A stretch of 64,000 nucleotides of DNA from Gracilinanus agilis. Lineage: Eukaryota. The DNA is taken from the NCBI RefSeq assembly GCF_016433145.1, contig NC_058135.1, positions 205,306,844 to 205,370,843 on the forward strand. The letters run 5' to 3'. Numbering within the stretch: the first letter of the stretch is position 1; the number at the start of each line of letters is the position of its first letter. Made by a program: the position numbers and the translations under genes. Of the stretch, positions 1 to 12,572 are shown one piece after another. The notes under the pieces are model-generated. The model was not told where the DNA came from and did no database searches. It saw only the letters and a program-made list of their open reading frames with translations.

Positions 1-47
1 CCCCTCCCCTCCTCTCCTCTCCTCTCTCTTCCTCTCCCTCTCTTTCT
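1..47. repeat. CT-rich simple repeat
   Basis: Almost pure C/T run (cccctcccctcctctcctctcctctctctt...), running off the window start. Confidence 0.9.
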
Positions 48-168
48 GGACACAACTGAACAATTTGCTGTTAGTATAGTGGTACAAAACAGCTTCCAGG
101 GAAAAACTGGTAAAACAGCTAACTCATAGCTCCTAAAAGTATTTTTTGCTAGTGTTCTCAAGGCTTAC

Positions 169-335
169 CTATTATGTTAATATAGCTTTTCTTCTGGGAT
201 ACTTATAAAGCCAGGAATCATGCTTTCCCCATCTTGTCAGTATGTGCTCAGTTCCCAACACAAACACTGCCATCAGCTTATCTGAAAATAGTGCTGGATA
301 CAACTGAAGGAATCCGGATTCTCTGGTCCATTCCT
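169..335 (-). other. Candidate exon D (unverified)
   Basis: Minus strand: gtcttgctcttcattgtcttctcaactcatttgttgtgcccAG| acceptor and TAG|GTAAGC donor, 167 nt. Only one frame is open (EWTRESGF...KAILT); it ends TAA TAG at the donor. No repeat recognised. Confidence 0.3.
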
Positions 336-936
336 CTGGGCACAACAAATGAGTTGAGAAGACAATGAAGAGCAAGACTAGTGCTAGAGTTCTCCTCCCT
401 CCCCTCAAGAGATTCCTTCTAGAGGTCTTGGATAGATTCTGCCACCTAAATTAATCCTTATGAACCTCAAATTCCTGATTTCAAACATATATATATAGAT
501 CCCCTCTCCAAGACATTACCAAGTCTGTTAGCCAATCTGAAAAAAACTGATATTGTGCCTAGTCAAAATACCTGTGATTAATTCAATGATAGTATCTAAG
601 ACTTTTTTAGACCCAAAGAACAATCTCAACTGATTATCTAAGTTATCTATACTTAAGTTCTTTTACTTGATATAATTATCTAGGGACAATATCTTGTTAT
701 TTACTTTAGGTGGGAATTGATTAATTGATTGATTCAATAGGTTCCCATCCTTTAAGTTATATAAATGGAATTATTTTGATGATAAATTCAGTGTGTATAT
801 TCCATGTTCTAAACACTTAAAAAGATTTCTTTTCTTTAAAAAATAATACTTAAAAGTTATATGAATGGATTGGTTTCTTTGCCTTTACAGATTTTTTTTT
901 AAGTAGTTAAGGGGGTAAATATAAAAGAAATGAGAT

Positions 937-1017
937 TTAGTCCAACCCACTGATCTTATAGATAAAAAAATTCAGGATCAGAAAAGTGAAATGATTTGTT
1001 TAAGTTCTTATAGCTAA
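937..1017 (-). mobile_element. MIR-type core SINE fragment
   Basis: tagtccaacccactgatcttatagat...gaaaagtgaaatgatttgtttaag resembles the reverse MIR core. Confidence 0.5.
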
Positions 1018-1184
1018 GACAAATAACTTTAAGTTCTATAGTTTCAGTTGTCAAATATTTAGAAAATTAGAGATTATTATGTCAGTGTCTGTGTTTGTTA
1101 AAGGGACCAAAAAAGAGACAGTGGTGGACAGCCACCCCTAGTGTTAAAAATAAAGTAGCACCATACATAGAAAGAACATTACTT

Positions 1185-1350
1185 GTGGAGTAGAAGAACC
1201 TGGGCTCAAAACCTCCATCTAAGATTCAATACCTAAGGCCCCTTGGTAAGTGCTTAGCCTTCACGATACTCAATTCTCTTGTTTATAAGATGACAGTGTT
1301 GGATGAGATAGCCTCAGGTCTTTTTCAACTCTAAATTAATGAATCTATGA
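1185..1350 (+). mobile_element. MIR3-like SINE, degraded
   Basis: agaagaacctgggctcaaa head and ttggatgagatagcctcaggtctttttcaactctaaa tail. Confidence 0.55.
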
Positions 1351-3029
1351 CATTAGAAATCGGGCAAACAAAAAATAGTACAAGTTTCATGTCAAACATC
1401 ATCTACCATGTACAAAATACTGTTCAGAGAGAGATACAAAGTTAAGAAAAAAATATTCCCTGTCTTCATAAGGTTTATAATCCAACAGTCACTAGCTCTA
1501 TCATTTATGGAAGTGCAGACGTGGATGTGTGTAGAAGAGGTGGGCAGTAATGCAAAATGCCAACGAGATGTTTGGGGGAGGGATGTAATCAAGTATCAGA
1601 AGCAAAAAATTTGAAGCCCAGAGGCAATAAAAAATAACTGGATATGGACGAGACAGAGACAGAGAGGTTGTTAGAGACAGACAGAGATTTCGGGATAACA
1701 CCAGCTAAGTTAGAAGCTAGAAGTGATAGATACTACAGTTGCTGTTGAGGAGTAAGTCCAGGTGATCAGAGGAACAACTTGGAAGCAGAGAATCAGAGAA
1801 GTCCCCAGGGCATCATATAATGTAGCTCAGATGTCATGCCTAGTGTGGCATTAGTCAAGCACAGCATGGATCAACTCAGCTTAGCACTGGAATCATCTGT
1901 TCAACACAGAAGCAACATTCAAAGAACTTTTATAAGCAGAGCCTGATAAAGAAAGAAGACACCAAAGTTTACAGCTCCAGAATGATGAATTATTTCAGTC
2001 TCTTGGCTTTTTCTGTGCCTCCTCAACAAGTTCTACAGGTATCCACTTTCCCCTAAAGAAATTCAGTGGGACAATAGAAGGAAGAGTATGACTCCAGGTT
2101 TATGTGTAGATTGTGATGCATTTTTAAAATTTTTAGGTATTTGTATTAATACAATATTACAATTTCTGGTGCCTTACTGATAAATGGTCATGGTAAAAAT
2201 CTAAGTGCATCATCCTAAGGAATAGTGGATTCTGACTATATAAAAGCACATTAGTGGGAGGTCAACAACTGAAGAGGTAAGTAGGGGGATTCTATTCCCA
2301 CTCAACAAGTTGCCTTAGAACCCTGAAGAATTTTAGTGTAAATGTGTAGTAGTGATCCTTCTCGGGGAAACTAGTTTTGCCAGAATGAGGACAGCCTAGA
2401 GAGTGGGAAATTGTTCATGTGCTCTATTTGAGAGATGAGAGGAGCCACCATGTGGATAGCTACCCCATATGCCTCTTAGCATAATATTATCTCATTTGAG
2501 TCTTACGACAATAATATGAAATATGTGTTATTGTTATCCCCATTTTATAAACTTCTATACCAGCAGAGCTCTATTGTCTAATTACAGGAATTTTCCCTTT
2601 TGTTTTGGTGGTTCCAGGATTTTCATTCCTTTTGACCAAGTGCAGCGCTGAGGCCACCCAGCCACATTTTCGAGAACCTGCATTTCCATGAGCCTGGTTC
2701 AGATTGCTGCCACTTTTCTATTCTGATTCAGAGCCTCTGTAGAATGATTTGCAGTCTCATAAGTATGCTGCTTGCTGACTAAGGAAGATGTAGAAGAGTG
2801 ATAAAGAGAAAGTAAACTCTTCTTGGCCAGTGGTTCCTTTTTGAGGGCATTTCTTCTGTTTTCATCCCTCTCAAAATTGGTGTCCTACCATTTTGCCTTG
2901 AATAAAAAAAAAGTACGTGTACTTTGTACCCCTTCAAACACATAAATAGAGATGAATTTGAATTTCACAACCCCTATAATTCAGGCTGATATTTACATAG
3001 CACTTTAGGATTTACAATGTGTTTTACAT

Positions 3030-3095
3030 GCCTACATACATATGTAGTGTGTGTTTATGTATACAAATGTATGTGTATATGTATGTATCTCTAGA
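3030..3095. repeat. TA/TG low-complexity microsatellite
   Basis: tacatacatatgtagtgtgtgtttatgtatacaaatgtatgtgtatatgtatgtat. Confidence 0.7.
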
Positions 3096-3099
3096 TAGA

Positions 3100-3275
3100 A
3101 ATATATCCTCACAACAACCCTGTGAGCTAAGTGCTATAGTTATTTCCATTTTAGAGATGAAGATATTAAGGCAAAGTTTAAATGACTTGCCCAGGGTCAC
3201 ATTTCTCAGATATATCTAAGGCAAGATTTGAACTTAGGTCTTCTTAACACCATGTCCAGTGGTCTGTCAACTATG
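3100..3275 (-). mobile_element. MIR/MAR core SINE
   Basis: cctcacaacaaccctgtgag...ttttagagatgaag...aatgacttgcccagggtcaca...gatttgaacttaggtc. Confidence 0.8.
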
Positions 3276-3579
3276 TGTCATAACAAGTCACTTAATCTCT
3301 CTCAGCTTCAGTTTTCACTTCTTTCAGCTTTCAGTCTAACAGTTTCTGTTAAAAAGATTCAGAGGGAACTTCCAGGTCTCAACAAACTATCTCCTCCTTT
3401 TATAGATAATGAAATTTGGGCCCAGAAAACAAAATATTTTTTCCCTGGTGCTCATACATGATAGGAGAATTGGGATTAGAAACAAAGTTCTTGGACTTCA
3501 AATCGACCTTCCTACTTATCATAATCCTTGGTCTACTTTGATATAGTGGAAGTGTGCCAAGGAAACTAGGCAAGATCCT

Positions 3580-3740
3580 GCTTAATTGGCTTGGAGTCTA
3601 GAAGAGCTAAATTTGAATCCCACCTCAGACTGGGAGACAAGGAATCTGGGTTTGATTTCTGATTGTGTCCATTTCTGGCAGTGTGACCACTGGCAAATCA
3701 CTTAATCTCTCTGAATATTATTGACTTCATCTTTAATGAA
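3580..3740 (+). mobile_element. MIR core SINE
   Basis: tttgaatcccacctcagac...gtgtgaccactggcaaatcacttaatctctctg. Confidence 0.65.
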
Positions 3741-3769
3741 AAGATATACAAATAATAGATAATATTCAT

Positions 3770-3900
3770 ATATTGTTTTAAGTCCTTCAAAATGGTTTTA
3801 CATCTATCATCTTATTTGGTTCCTACAACACTGTGAAGTAGGTACTATTGTTATGTCCCTTTTTCAGATGAAGAAACTGAGGCAGAAAGTGGTTAAATGA
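3770..3900 (-). mobile_element. MIR core SINE
   Basis: tcctacaacactgtgaagtaggtact...ttcagatgaagaaactgaggcagaaagtggttaaatga. Confidence 0.75.
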
Positions 3901-4431
3901 TTGCTAATAAGTGTCCAATACTAGTAAGTGAGAATAGGATTTTGGAAACCTAAAAGTGCCATAGAAACACAAATTCTCTTTAGAGAAGGTCATCACTATA
4001 ACCTAGCTCAAAACTCTAAAGAGAAAAAAAAAACAAACAGGCAATCCAGTAGGGTTTCCTTTTCAAAACTTCAGCGTTCTTGCAAATCGCTCAGGTCTCT
4101 TTTGCTGAGATCTCAAAGTACTGCAGCCAAAAGAAATTGGCCCTGGCTATGCAGCTGACTTGATTATAAAGTAGGCTGGCATTATCAGAATGTTTGCTGC
4201 AGAAAACCCCACCTGGCCAGCATGTGGCACCTCCCTGAATGACTGTTTATAATCTCACAGCCAGGGCCTTTGCATAGATTTTGCAGGAGTAATTAAAGAG
4301 AAATATAGGTGTGTAAATTTTATATTCTGTGAGGTTTCTAAGGGCTCCCCTCTCCCTGGCTCTCAGAGCTGTATGAAGGGATATGTAAATTTGAAGTTTA
4401 TTTAAAATTCAGCACAGTGGCTTGAGCATCT

Positions 4432-4699
4432 TGGGGGGGAGGGGACGAAAGGAGGGAAAGAGGAAGGGAGAGATAGAAAGAAGGCGAGAAGGGGAGAGAG
4501 AGAGAGAAGGAGGGAGGGAGGCAGAAAGAAAGAGGGAGAGAGAGAGGGGGGAGGGAGAGGGGGAGAGACAAGGAGAGAGAGAAAAAAAGAGGGAGGTGGG
4601 GAGAGAGGGAGGGAGAGGGAGAAAAGGGGAGAGAGGGGGAGAAAGGAGGAGAGAGAGAGGGAGGGAGTGGAAGAGGGAGAGGGAGAGGGAGAGAGAGAG
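4432..4699. repeat. About 270-bp GA-rich polypurine tract
   Basis: Almost exclusively G/A with many GGG runs. It explains ORFs 4398..4724 and 4422..4706. Confidence 0.95.
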
Positions 4700-5183
4700 A
4701 ATCTAAAATGTTTAGTATAATCATCTGTCCAAGGTAAGTCCTTAGAAAAAAAAAATAACTCTATGGCTTGGATAATGATAGACCTTTAGAACACCCTTAG
4801 ATTCTCATAACATCATGCCACTCCAGAGCTGGCAGACAACCCAAAGGTCACCTACTCTGACTTACAACCAAAGAATGAATTGCTGAATTGCGGCTCTGAT
4901 GTAAAGATGGGCCCCAATCCTATACCCATTTGCCATGCCTCCATGGGTATCTTTATTTCTAGCCAATTTAATCACATCAGCTATTCCCTTTGATTTTTCC
5001 TGGCATGAGCTGCTGTGTACAGAAGTCAGTTTAGCTAGTATCTTCTCTGTTTTAACCAAAAAGTATGCAATAAGGACCTTCTCTGAGTGCAGCCCTGTAA
5101 TACCATGGATGCTATGAGGGATCCCAAAGGACAAAAAGAAACAGTCCTGCCCTTAAAATGTCTATAAACTCAAGGGACCAGCA

Positions 5184-5190
<7 letters not shown>

Positions 5191-5218
<28 letters not shown>
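5191..5218. repeat. (AC)14 microsatellite
   Basis: Perfect acac run. Confidence 0.98.
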
Positions 5219-5221
<3 letters not shown>

Positions 5222-5354
5222 TATACATGCAAAAATTAAGGACAAAAGTAAAAAAAATGCAAAGTATAAATTCAAAGGCTGAATTGGGCAATTTGATAAT
5301 GAATTGAGTTACATTGACTCTAGTTGCTGGAAATTTAGTAGGATGGAAGGAAAT

Positions 5355-5560
5355 ACAGAGTTAATTATTATAACTATAAATATGAATGGGATGAACTCAC
5401 CCATAAAAAGAAGCAGAAAGCAGAATGAGTCAAAAAGCAGAATTCTACAATATGCTGCCTATAAGGAATACATTTGAACCAAGGAGACACATGCAGAGTA
5501 AAAGTAAGGGGCTGGAGCAAAATCTATTATGCTTCAGTTAAAAAAAAAAAGCAGAAGTAG
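5355..5560 (+). mobile_element. L1 ORF2 endonuclease N-terminal fragment, degraded
   Basis: ataaatatgaatgggatgaactcacccataaaaaga encodes NMNGMNSPIKR (L1 EN start motif), followed by ggctggagcaaaatctattatgcttca. Confidence 0.85.
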
Positions 5561-5728
5561 ATGCTGTTGTTTAGCACAGAAATGAGACAACCTACACAGA
5601 ATAACTTGGGACAAAGTCAATTCTTGAACCCAAGCATTTTCACTGAGTAAAATGGGCTTTCTGCTCCTTAAACCTACCTTTCTGCTAGCAAGCTATTTGA
5701 CCTAGGACAAATCCCCTAATGGATTATT

Positions 5729-5915
5729 AGGTGGCACAGTAGAGAGAGTGCTGGGCTTGGAATCAGGAAGACTCACCTTCCTGAGTTCAAATCTGACCTC
5801 AGACATTTATTAGAATGACCTGGAAAAGAAAATGGCAAACTACCCCAGTATCTTTGCCAAGAAAGTCCCAAATGGGATTACAAGGAGTCAGACATGAAAT
5901 GATTGAACAGCAACA
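5729..5915 (+). mobile_element. MAR1-type SINE with internal deletion
   Basis: aggtggcacagtag head and RTE-type tail aaatggcaaactaccccagtatctttgccaagaaa...gagtcagacat...gaacagcaacaa. Confidence 0.85.
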
Positions 5916-6109
5916 ATAAGTCATTAGGGGATTTTAGTTTCCTACCTACTTGCCTAGCTATAAGGAGGATAAAATGTGAGACAAAATACTTTTGGGAAAA
6001 GTTAAAGAGTTTAATGAAGATAATTGTTGTTTGTGGTGATGTATGTATTTTTGGAGGACCCATACCTCTTATTTCATCATTTTATCTATATAAGGAACTC
6101 CCTTTATAG

Positions 6110-6293
6110 AAATTTCTTCCACTACTCAGGTGATTGATTTATCTGTAACTTAAAATCTTAAACAGTTGTCTAGGGATACGAAGAGAAAAAACCACTTGCC
6201 CACAATCAATTAGTATGTACCAAAGGGAGGATTCAAACCCAGATCTTCCTGAATCCAAGGTTGGCCTTCTATGCACTATCCACACTGTCCCTC
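6110..6293 (-). mobile_element. Marsupial core SINE, degraded
   Basis: ccacttgcccacaatc...ggattcaaacccagatcttcctgaatccaagg. Confidence 0.6.
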
Positions 6294-6862
6294 AATAAAA
6301 ATTATATCATTATGTATTTCCAAATTGACTCTAATATAGATTGTTCTCTAGTTTCTTTTTTCTAACTTGTATAAAACCTGCATGTAAGCCCATAATCTCA
6401 TTTTCCAAAAAGGTTTTTCTTTCAAAAAAGATCTCATTTTAAAGGTGAGCCTTAGATTCAGGACTATGCAAACCAAGTTGATACAGAACCCTGCATTCAG
6501 CCTTTAAGGCTTAGTGAGGCTGCCCTGCCTTTGAAAACATTACTTAGGCAACTGCCTTTGGCCTCTTTTTACAAACATTAAATGCAAGTATTGATCTATC
6601 AGAAAATCTAGGGAGACTCCAAATCAAGATCTGCATCTTGTAAGGGGCAGCAGGGTGGTTTGTTTCTCCAGAATAATATTCCTCTTTCAGAAGCAGGATA
6701 GGATTGATGTCTAAAACGCAGCCTGGGCACTAGGGGGTGGGTCTGTGTGTTCTGTGCTCATAATGGAACATTTTGTCGCAGGTCCTCATATCTATTGTGA
6801 ATAAAGATTTCACAAAATTTATTCATGAAGCAATGGGGGGAAACATAGGCCAGACCACACAG

Positions 6863-6876
6863 CTGGCCTAGGAAAC
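6863..6876. promoter_or_regulatory. Partial RFX X-box
   Basis: CTGGCCTAGGAAAC: intact right half-site, left half with mismatches. Confidence 0.2.
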
Positions 6877-7059
6877 AATGTAGGCACATTGCTGTTCAGT
6901 AAACACTTGGAGGGTGAAAAAAATTCCCTTCAATGCCAACAAAAATAGCAAAATGACAAATGTTCACTCTTGCCAAATTCATTCTGAATTATTTAAGACC
7001 TGCCACATAACAAATCATGCTAATAATATTTCAATGAGCTGAATAGGCTGTCTGAAGAG

Positions 7060-7230
7060 AGCTTTGGGGATGAATAGTATGGGATCAGAGAAGCTAGAGT
7101 GGAAAAGGCCCTTTGAGATCATCCAGGGTGGCAAGCTCAGTTCGTTTTTTTTTATATTTGAAGTAAAGAGGGTAGGTGACTTGCCCCAAGTTACGCAGCT
7201 ACTAAGTAGAATTAAATTGGGTACAATATC
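7060..7230 (-). mobile_element. MIR core SINE
   Basis: agagtggaaaaggccctttgagatcatcc...ggtgacttgccccaagttacgcagctactaag. Confidence 0.75.
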
Positions 7231-7339
7231 AAGCACAAACATATAAACACAGGATAGTAAGAGCTGATAATCATTGGGAAATAAGGAGATTGTGTCTTTG
7301 GGTTTTCTAGAATGCCAGTGGAACCAGTGGGATGGAGCA

Positions 7340-7570
7340 GTGAGAGATGATCCCACATTGCTATAATGGGGGGAAAAAAGGAATGGACTTGGAGTCAGAA
7401 AACCACAGTTCAAATTCCAGATCTGCTATTTATAATCTGTGTGACTCTGGGCAAATCATTTTGTTTGAGACTCAATTTTTTCATATACTAAAAAATAAAT
7501 CAGGGAAGAGACTAGAAAATAGACCAGAGAATAGACTGCATGATCTCTACTGTCCTTTCCAGATCTAATT
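7340..7570 (+). mobile_element. MIR core SINE
   Basis: ggacttggagtcagaaaaccacagttcaaattcc...gtgactctgggcaaatcattt. Confidence 0.75.
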
Positions 7571-7699
7571 CCTCTGATTGTATGACTCCTACAAGCAGTA
7601 GGATATTAGGATATAGTAATAGGATCTACTGGGGAAAGGGGAGAGGCATAGAAATGGTACCCGGCTTAAGTGCCAGAGTTATCACATCCACTATTGTGA

Positions 7700-8190
7700 G
7701 AATCACAGAATTTAGAACTGTAAGAGACCAAAGAGATCATCCAAGCCAGCTCCTTCATTTTATTTTATTTTTATTTTTTGCTAAGTCTAATTTTTAAAAC
7801 CTTGCTTTGACCCAAGACCTCTCCATCTGCTCAGAATCAGAGAATCTTTGTATGATTCTTCTTGCTCCGATGGTCCTCTGGATTTTTTTAATATTTTTTA
7901 ATTTTTAGAAAAATTTTCCATGTTTCCAGGATTCGTGTTCTTACTTTTTCCTTCACCCCACCAACCCCTCCCCATAGCCGATGCTCATTTCCACTGGTTT
8001 TAACATGTGTAATCTATCAAGACCTATGTCTATATTATTGATAGTTGCCTTGGTTATTTTTAAATACAATAAAAACTGAGGCCAAGAGAGGTATGGCTTG
8101 TCATAATCACACAATTAGTAAGTAGAAAAGACACAATTTGATCCTGGGTGGTCTCTTGATTCCAAGTTCTACCCTTTTTCCACTATACCA
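7700..8190 (-). mobile_element. MIR split by later insertions
   Basis: agaatttagaactgtaagagacc...tccttcatttta (7700-7765) continues as aaactgaggccaagagagg...cactatacca (8070-8190). Confidence 0.6.
7885..8050 (-). mobile_element. L1 extreme 3' end
   Basis: ttttagaaaaattttccatg...cccatagccgatgctcatttccactggttttaacatgtgt matches the didelphid L1 3' UTR; a related copy lies at 16700. Confidence 0.8.
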
Positions 8191-9940
8191 CATCATAGTC
8201 CCTTCTATTCCCCTTAAAAGTGAGGTCTACCTTGCTATCATTAAACCAACATTTATGATGGGCCGTTAACTTTCAAGCATCTCTACTAACAGAAGACCAG
8301 CAGGACTCCAGAATTAGCCATCGCCCTCCTAGAAAGATGAGCCTTTCCTCAACCTAAAGCTCTCTGGATAAGCCATACACAACTTGTCCATCTGAGGGAA
8401 ATAACTGAGTCACTCACAAACAGAAAGTCAGTGTCTAATTTGTCTTGGAATGTTGCTGATCAATGGCACTGGAAACAGGGTTCAAGCTCAGTATCCACAC
8501 CTTAAAAGGGACACATCCAGGTGCATGGGAAGGAAATAGCCAGAAATGGATGTAAGCCATCTCTTCACTGACCTAGTTCTTGCCTTGAGCACAATAGGTC
8601 TACACTTCTTTTTTTAAGATCTGCTCAGAATCAGAGATGACCTGCTTCTTCACCTCAATCTAGGAAAGTTATAATAATCAGTGGTAGCCCTGTAGAGGGT
8701 CTCTGACTCCACAGTGATGAGATAATTGAAGAAGTCTTAATAAAAGGTATGAGCCTACTCCATTAGACTTCTCCCTTATTTCATTACTTTTTGTCAGTCT
8801 ATCTTTTCCCTGGAGGAGAGGAGAGAGGTAACAGGACCTAGTAGCTTCACAGAAATAAAATGATTTAAGAGAAAGATGAAACCCAACATTCTTTTTAACC
8901 AACCAATCAACCAATTCCCTTCTTCACCATTTTGTTTTACTTTGAGCTACTGAGAAGTAAATAGCACAACTGATTCACTTGTGTTTTATGTCTTCTCTCT
9001 TCTTTTTTTTTCCCCCAGGGGAGATTCACATGCCTATGGTTGCATCAATTCAAATATGTGACCCAACCTGAAGATTTGTGTAAAGAACTCAGATTTTGGT
9101 GATACAAGGATGAAAAAACCCAAATAGCAGATAGGAAGGATCACTTCCCTTGCTTATAATATTCTACAGTGAGAGTTAAAGCCCCATATTGACATTTCTT
9201 AAAAATGTCCCAAGACAGCAAGGCTACTCCCTATCATAAGTGATGCCCATCAGTGACACAACAAGGCTTAATCACACCCCTAGTTTATTCCTACTCCCCT
9301 TAGACCAACAATATATCTCAACCTTCCACCAGGTAATGAGAACCTGGATTAAACGAATGTATTCTGAACTTTAAAGATACCCCCTACTACCACCACCCCC
9401 AGGAGTCACACAAACTTACATATAACCAAACAAAAAAAGTAGGAACAGAATCCCAAGACTACTGTGAAGGGAAACATTGCCCATGGAAATTTTGAAATGA
9501 TGTTGTCTGGCTCAAAGGTTATTGATCTGCCTTCTCCAAAACCAAGATGTTAGACTACCAAGCATGAGTAGAAGTTCTGATATGGTCTTTCACTAGTTTT
9601 CCTTCATTCCTTGGTTCCAAGGATTAGAGTCCCAGCAACTGGCTAAGTAGATGCTCTAATTTGTGACTAGGATTCTGACCTGCATATTCCCTGTTCTTTT
9701 ATGCCAACATTGGGGCATAGCTCTTCCTGATTATGATAGATTGGATAGCTTCTGAGACTGAGCTCGTTGTGAGAAACACCCAGTTTTAACCTAGCTCCAT
9801 TTAATAATTAGCCCTTGAATGCTGCCACATTTAAGGTACAAGGTATTTCCTTCTTATTATGGCCATATCTGTGTCCAGAAGTGCTCTCTGCTTCCCCAAC
9901 CCAACCTTTCCTTGCCTGCCTAAGGTGAGGCTGATCCCAT

Positions 9941-10107
9941 TTTTTTTAAACCCTTAACTTCTGTGTATTGGCTCCTAGGTGGAAGAGTGGTAAGGGTGGG
10001 CAATGGAGGTCAAGTGATTTGCCCAGGGTCACACAGCTGGGAAGTGTCTGAGGCCGGATTTGAACCTAGGACCTCCTGTCTCTAGGCCTGACTCTCACTC
10101 CACTGAG
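9941..10107 (-). mobile_element. SINE1_Mdo-type SINE, 5'-truncated
   Basis: gaagagtggtaagggtgggcaatgg...gcccagggtcacacagctgggaagtgtctgaggccggatttgaacctagg. TSD gatcccat at 9933-9940 and 10107-10114. Confidence 0.95.
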
Positions 10108-10789
10108 ATCCCATCTTCTTTGACTGGGCTCAAAGCTAGTATTTCTCTTGCTATTTTGCCGAGTGTTCTTTTTTCCCTCTGTAGCTCTTCTTCCCAGGTC
10201 TCAGGGAGTGACTGACTTTTCTTCTAGCCCTTTTGATGTCATAAAGACAAAACCACGAGGTTAACATAATACAAGAGTATAAACCAACATATCTAAATTG
10301 GACCATCCTACCATCCTTCCTTGAATTTGATCCACAGTCTACTGTGGCTTACCTCCCCTTTCCTGAGCCCTGATGCCTTTCCTTTTCTCAGAGACTGTCT
10401 TTTTGGTAGCATAAGGAAGAGAGTATTAAGGAAATTAGTCAGATAAATAAATATTAAACATTTAAAAGATATTTAATATTTCAAGAAAAGAATTCTACCA
10501 TTGTTGAAGATGTAAGGTTTGGGAAGTGGACGTATTCAGACAGTCTGTCTACCTATATCAAGTTTCTGAGATAATTGCTCAATGTGTCTTTTCTCTATTT
10601 ATATAATTTCTTCCCACACAGGATACAACAAAGAGAATAAGCAATCCCCACCTCCACAAAGTATCAAATAACTATTAAAACTTTAAAATGGACACTCTTT
10701 CAGAGAGTACAATGAGTATTAAATTTTAAAAAGTCTTTTCCCTTAGATCCAGAGTTCCAGAGCTATCATAAATGTCTACTTGCAAAATA

Positions 10790-11620
10790 ACAAAAATAAA
10801 AAGATATGCATTCATCCATATTCTTATATGTAGAAATCTGTTATCCTGATGAATGCAATCCTGCAACAAATGAAAAAGAAAAAAAAATTCTAAAAGCTTA
10901 CTATGCCCAGTTTCTTTTTGAAGAAGCAGAGAATATTGTCATTTTATAAAGAAAATCAGGGATACAATTGGCAATTTAAAAAAGACAAAAACTATCTCTT
11001 TGGGAACAAGAAAAACTTTTACTTTGGATGACAAAAATAGTCATGATTAGTATATTTTAAGAGGGTTGTTTCAGATGAGAACTTGATCAGGTATCATTCA
11101 AAATGAGGACTGTCTGCAGACTTCTTAACCAAACAAGGCACAGTAGAGCTCACAAAAGGCAAAATAATTCATTTTGATTACAGAAAAATTGAAAAGTTTT
11201 TGCATGAACAAAACCAATGTAGCCAAGGGAAATTGTCAACTGAGAAAAATTTGCATCAAATATCTATAATAGGGGTCTAAGGAAATTAACTCGAATATAT
11301 GAGTCATTTCTCAGTGGATATGTAGTCAAAGGATATGAAGAAACAATTCTCAAAAGAAAAACGGCAAACTATTTACAAGCACATGAAAAGCTAAAATAAA
11401 TCACTAATCATTAGAGAAATGTAAATCAAACCAGCTCAAAGGAATACATCACTGATAAAAACAAACTGGTCCAATAATTCTAGAAAATAATTTGAAATTA
11501 TAGTTTTTAAAAAGTGAAAAAAAATTACAAACTTGGCCTCATAACAAAGCACATTCCCCAAAGAGGTGAAAAATAGAAAGAAAAGTCTCACATGTCAAAA
11601 CTATTCAAAGCCTCACCAAT
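10790..11620 (+). mobile_element. Old L1 ORF2 fragments
   Basis: A-rich; gaaaagtttttgcatgaacaaaaccaatg...tcactaatcattagagaaatgtaaatcaaa (ORF2 C-terminal region). Confidence 0.7.
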
Positions 11621-11629
11621 AAAGGTCAC

Positions 11630-11950
11630 CTGTTAGCAGGTGGAATTTGAGTCTGAGGGAAGATAGAAAGTCCAGAAAGCAGAGGTGAGGAGGGAAACTA
11701 CTCTGATCATGGGGTGCAGATAGTACAAAGGCATGGAAATAAGAGATGATATTCCCTGTGGGAGAAACAGCAAGTATAGATAGATCATAACATGTGTGGA
11801 GGAGAGTAATGTGTAATAAGCCTGGAAAGATAGGAAGAGTTCAAAGTAATGAAGAACTTTAAATGACAAGCAAAGACTCCAAAAGGAAGAATTTCCCAAT
11901 AATGAGTTCAAGAACCTCCATAAAATCCCTACTATCATGGCATGGAGGGG
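11630..11950 (-). mobile_element. L2 fragment
   Basis: Purine-rich antisense L2 body (gcagaggtgaggagggaa...aaaggcatggaaataagag). Confidence 0.7.
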
Positions 11951-12349
11951 ATCCTTGGTGCTCACAGGCATAGCACAGGTTCTGGTGATTTTACCAAACA
12001 GGAATGACCTGTCCAGTGATTGTCTATATGCCCATCACTTGAAGACTAGCCTACGAAAATCCAAAGAGACTTGACATAAAGATTGGCCATTAGGTAATGT
12101 GTTTTTAGACACAGATGGAACCATTCTATGAGGGGTAGAGAAATGAAATCTCTGTCTGAGAGAAAAGTACCTATAAAGGTGAAAACTGGGACCTTCTAAT
12201 ATATTGAAATAAGGGCTTCTGAGCACTGATCTAGTTAATAAATAGAATTAGGGAATCTTTTTTATGATGATGATTATGAATATTGTCTAAATGTTAACCT
12301 GATGAAATCAAGTCCTTACTGAAGGTCATTTGGTGGTTTTTAATGACTT

Positions 12350-12572
12350 NNNNNNNNNNNNNNNNNNNNNNNNNNNNNNNNNNNNNNNNNNNNNNNNNNN
12401 NNNNNNNNNNNNNNNNNNNNNNNNNNNNNNNNNNNNNNNNNNNNNNNNNNNNNNNNNNNNNNNNNNNNNNNNNNNNNNNNNNNNNNNNNNNNNNNNNNNN
12501 NNNNNNNNNNNNNNNNNNNNNNNNNNNNNNNNNNNNNNNNNNNNNNNNNNNNNNNNNNNNNNNNNNNNNNNN
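12350..12572. other. Assembly gap (223 N)
   Basis: Run of n. Confidence 1.

Noticed and set aside
4398-4724. 108-aa and 94-aa ORFs
   Set aside because: Translations of the GA/TC simple repeat.
8990-9168. Very strong plus-strand acceptor (T10C5AG at 9018)
   Set aside because: Stops in all three frames within about 85 nt, only a weak donor, and no partner exons.
10353-10398. Minus-strand 42-46-nt exon candidate with GAG|GTAAGC donor
   Set aside because: The purine-rich body resembles an L2 remnant and the first AG context is weak.
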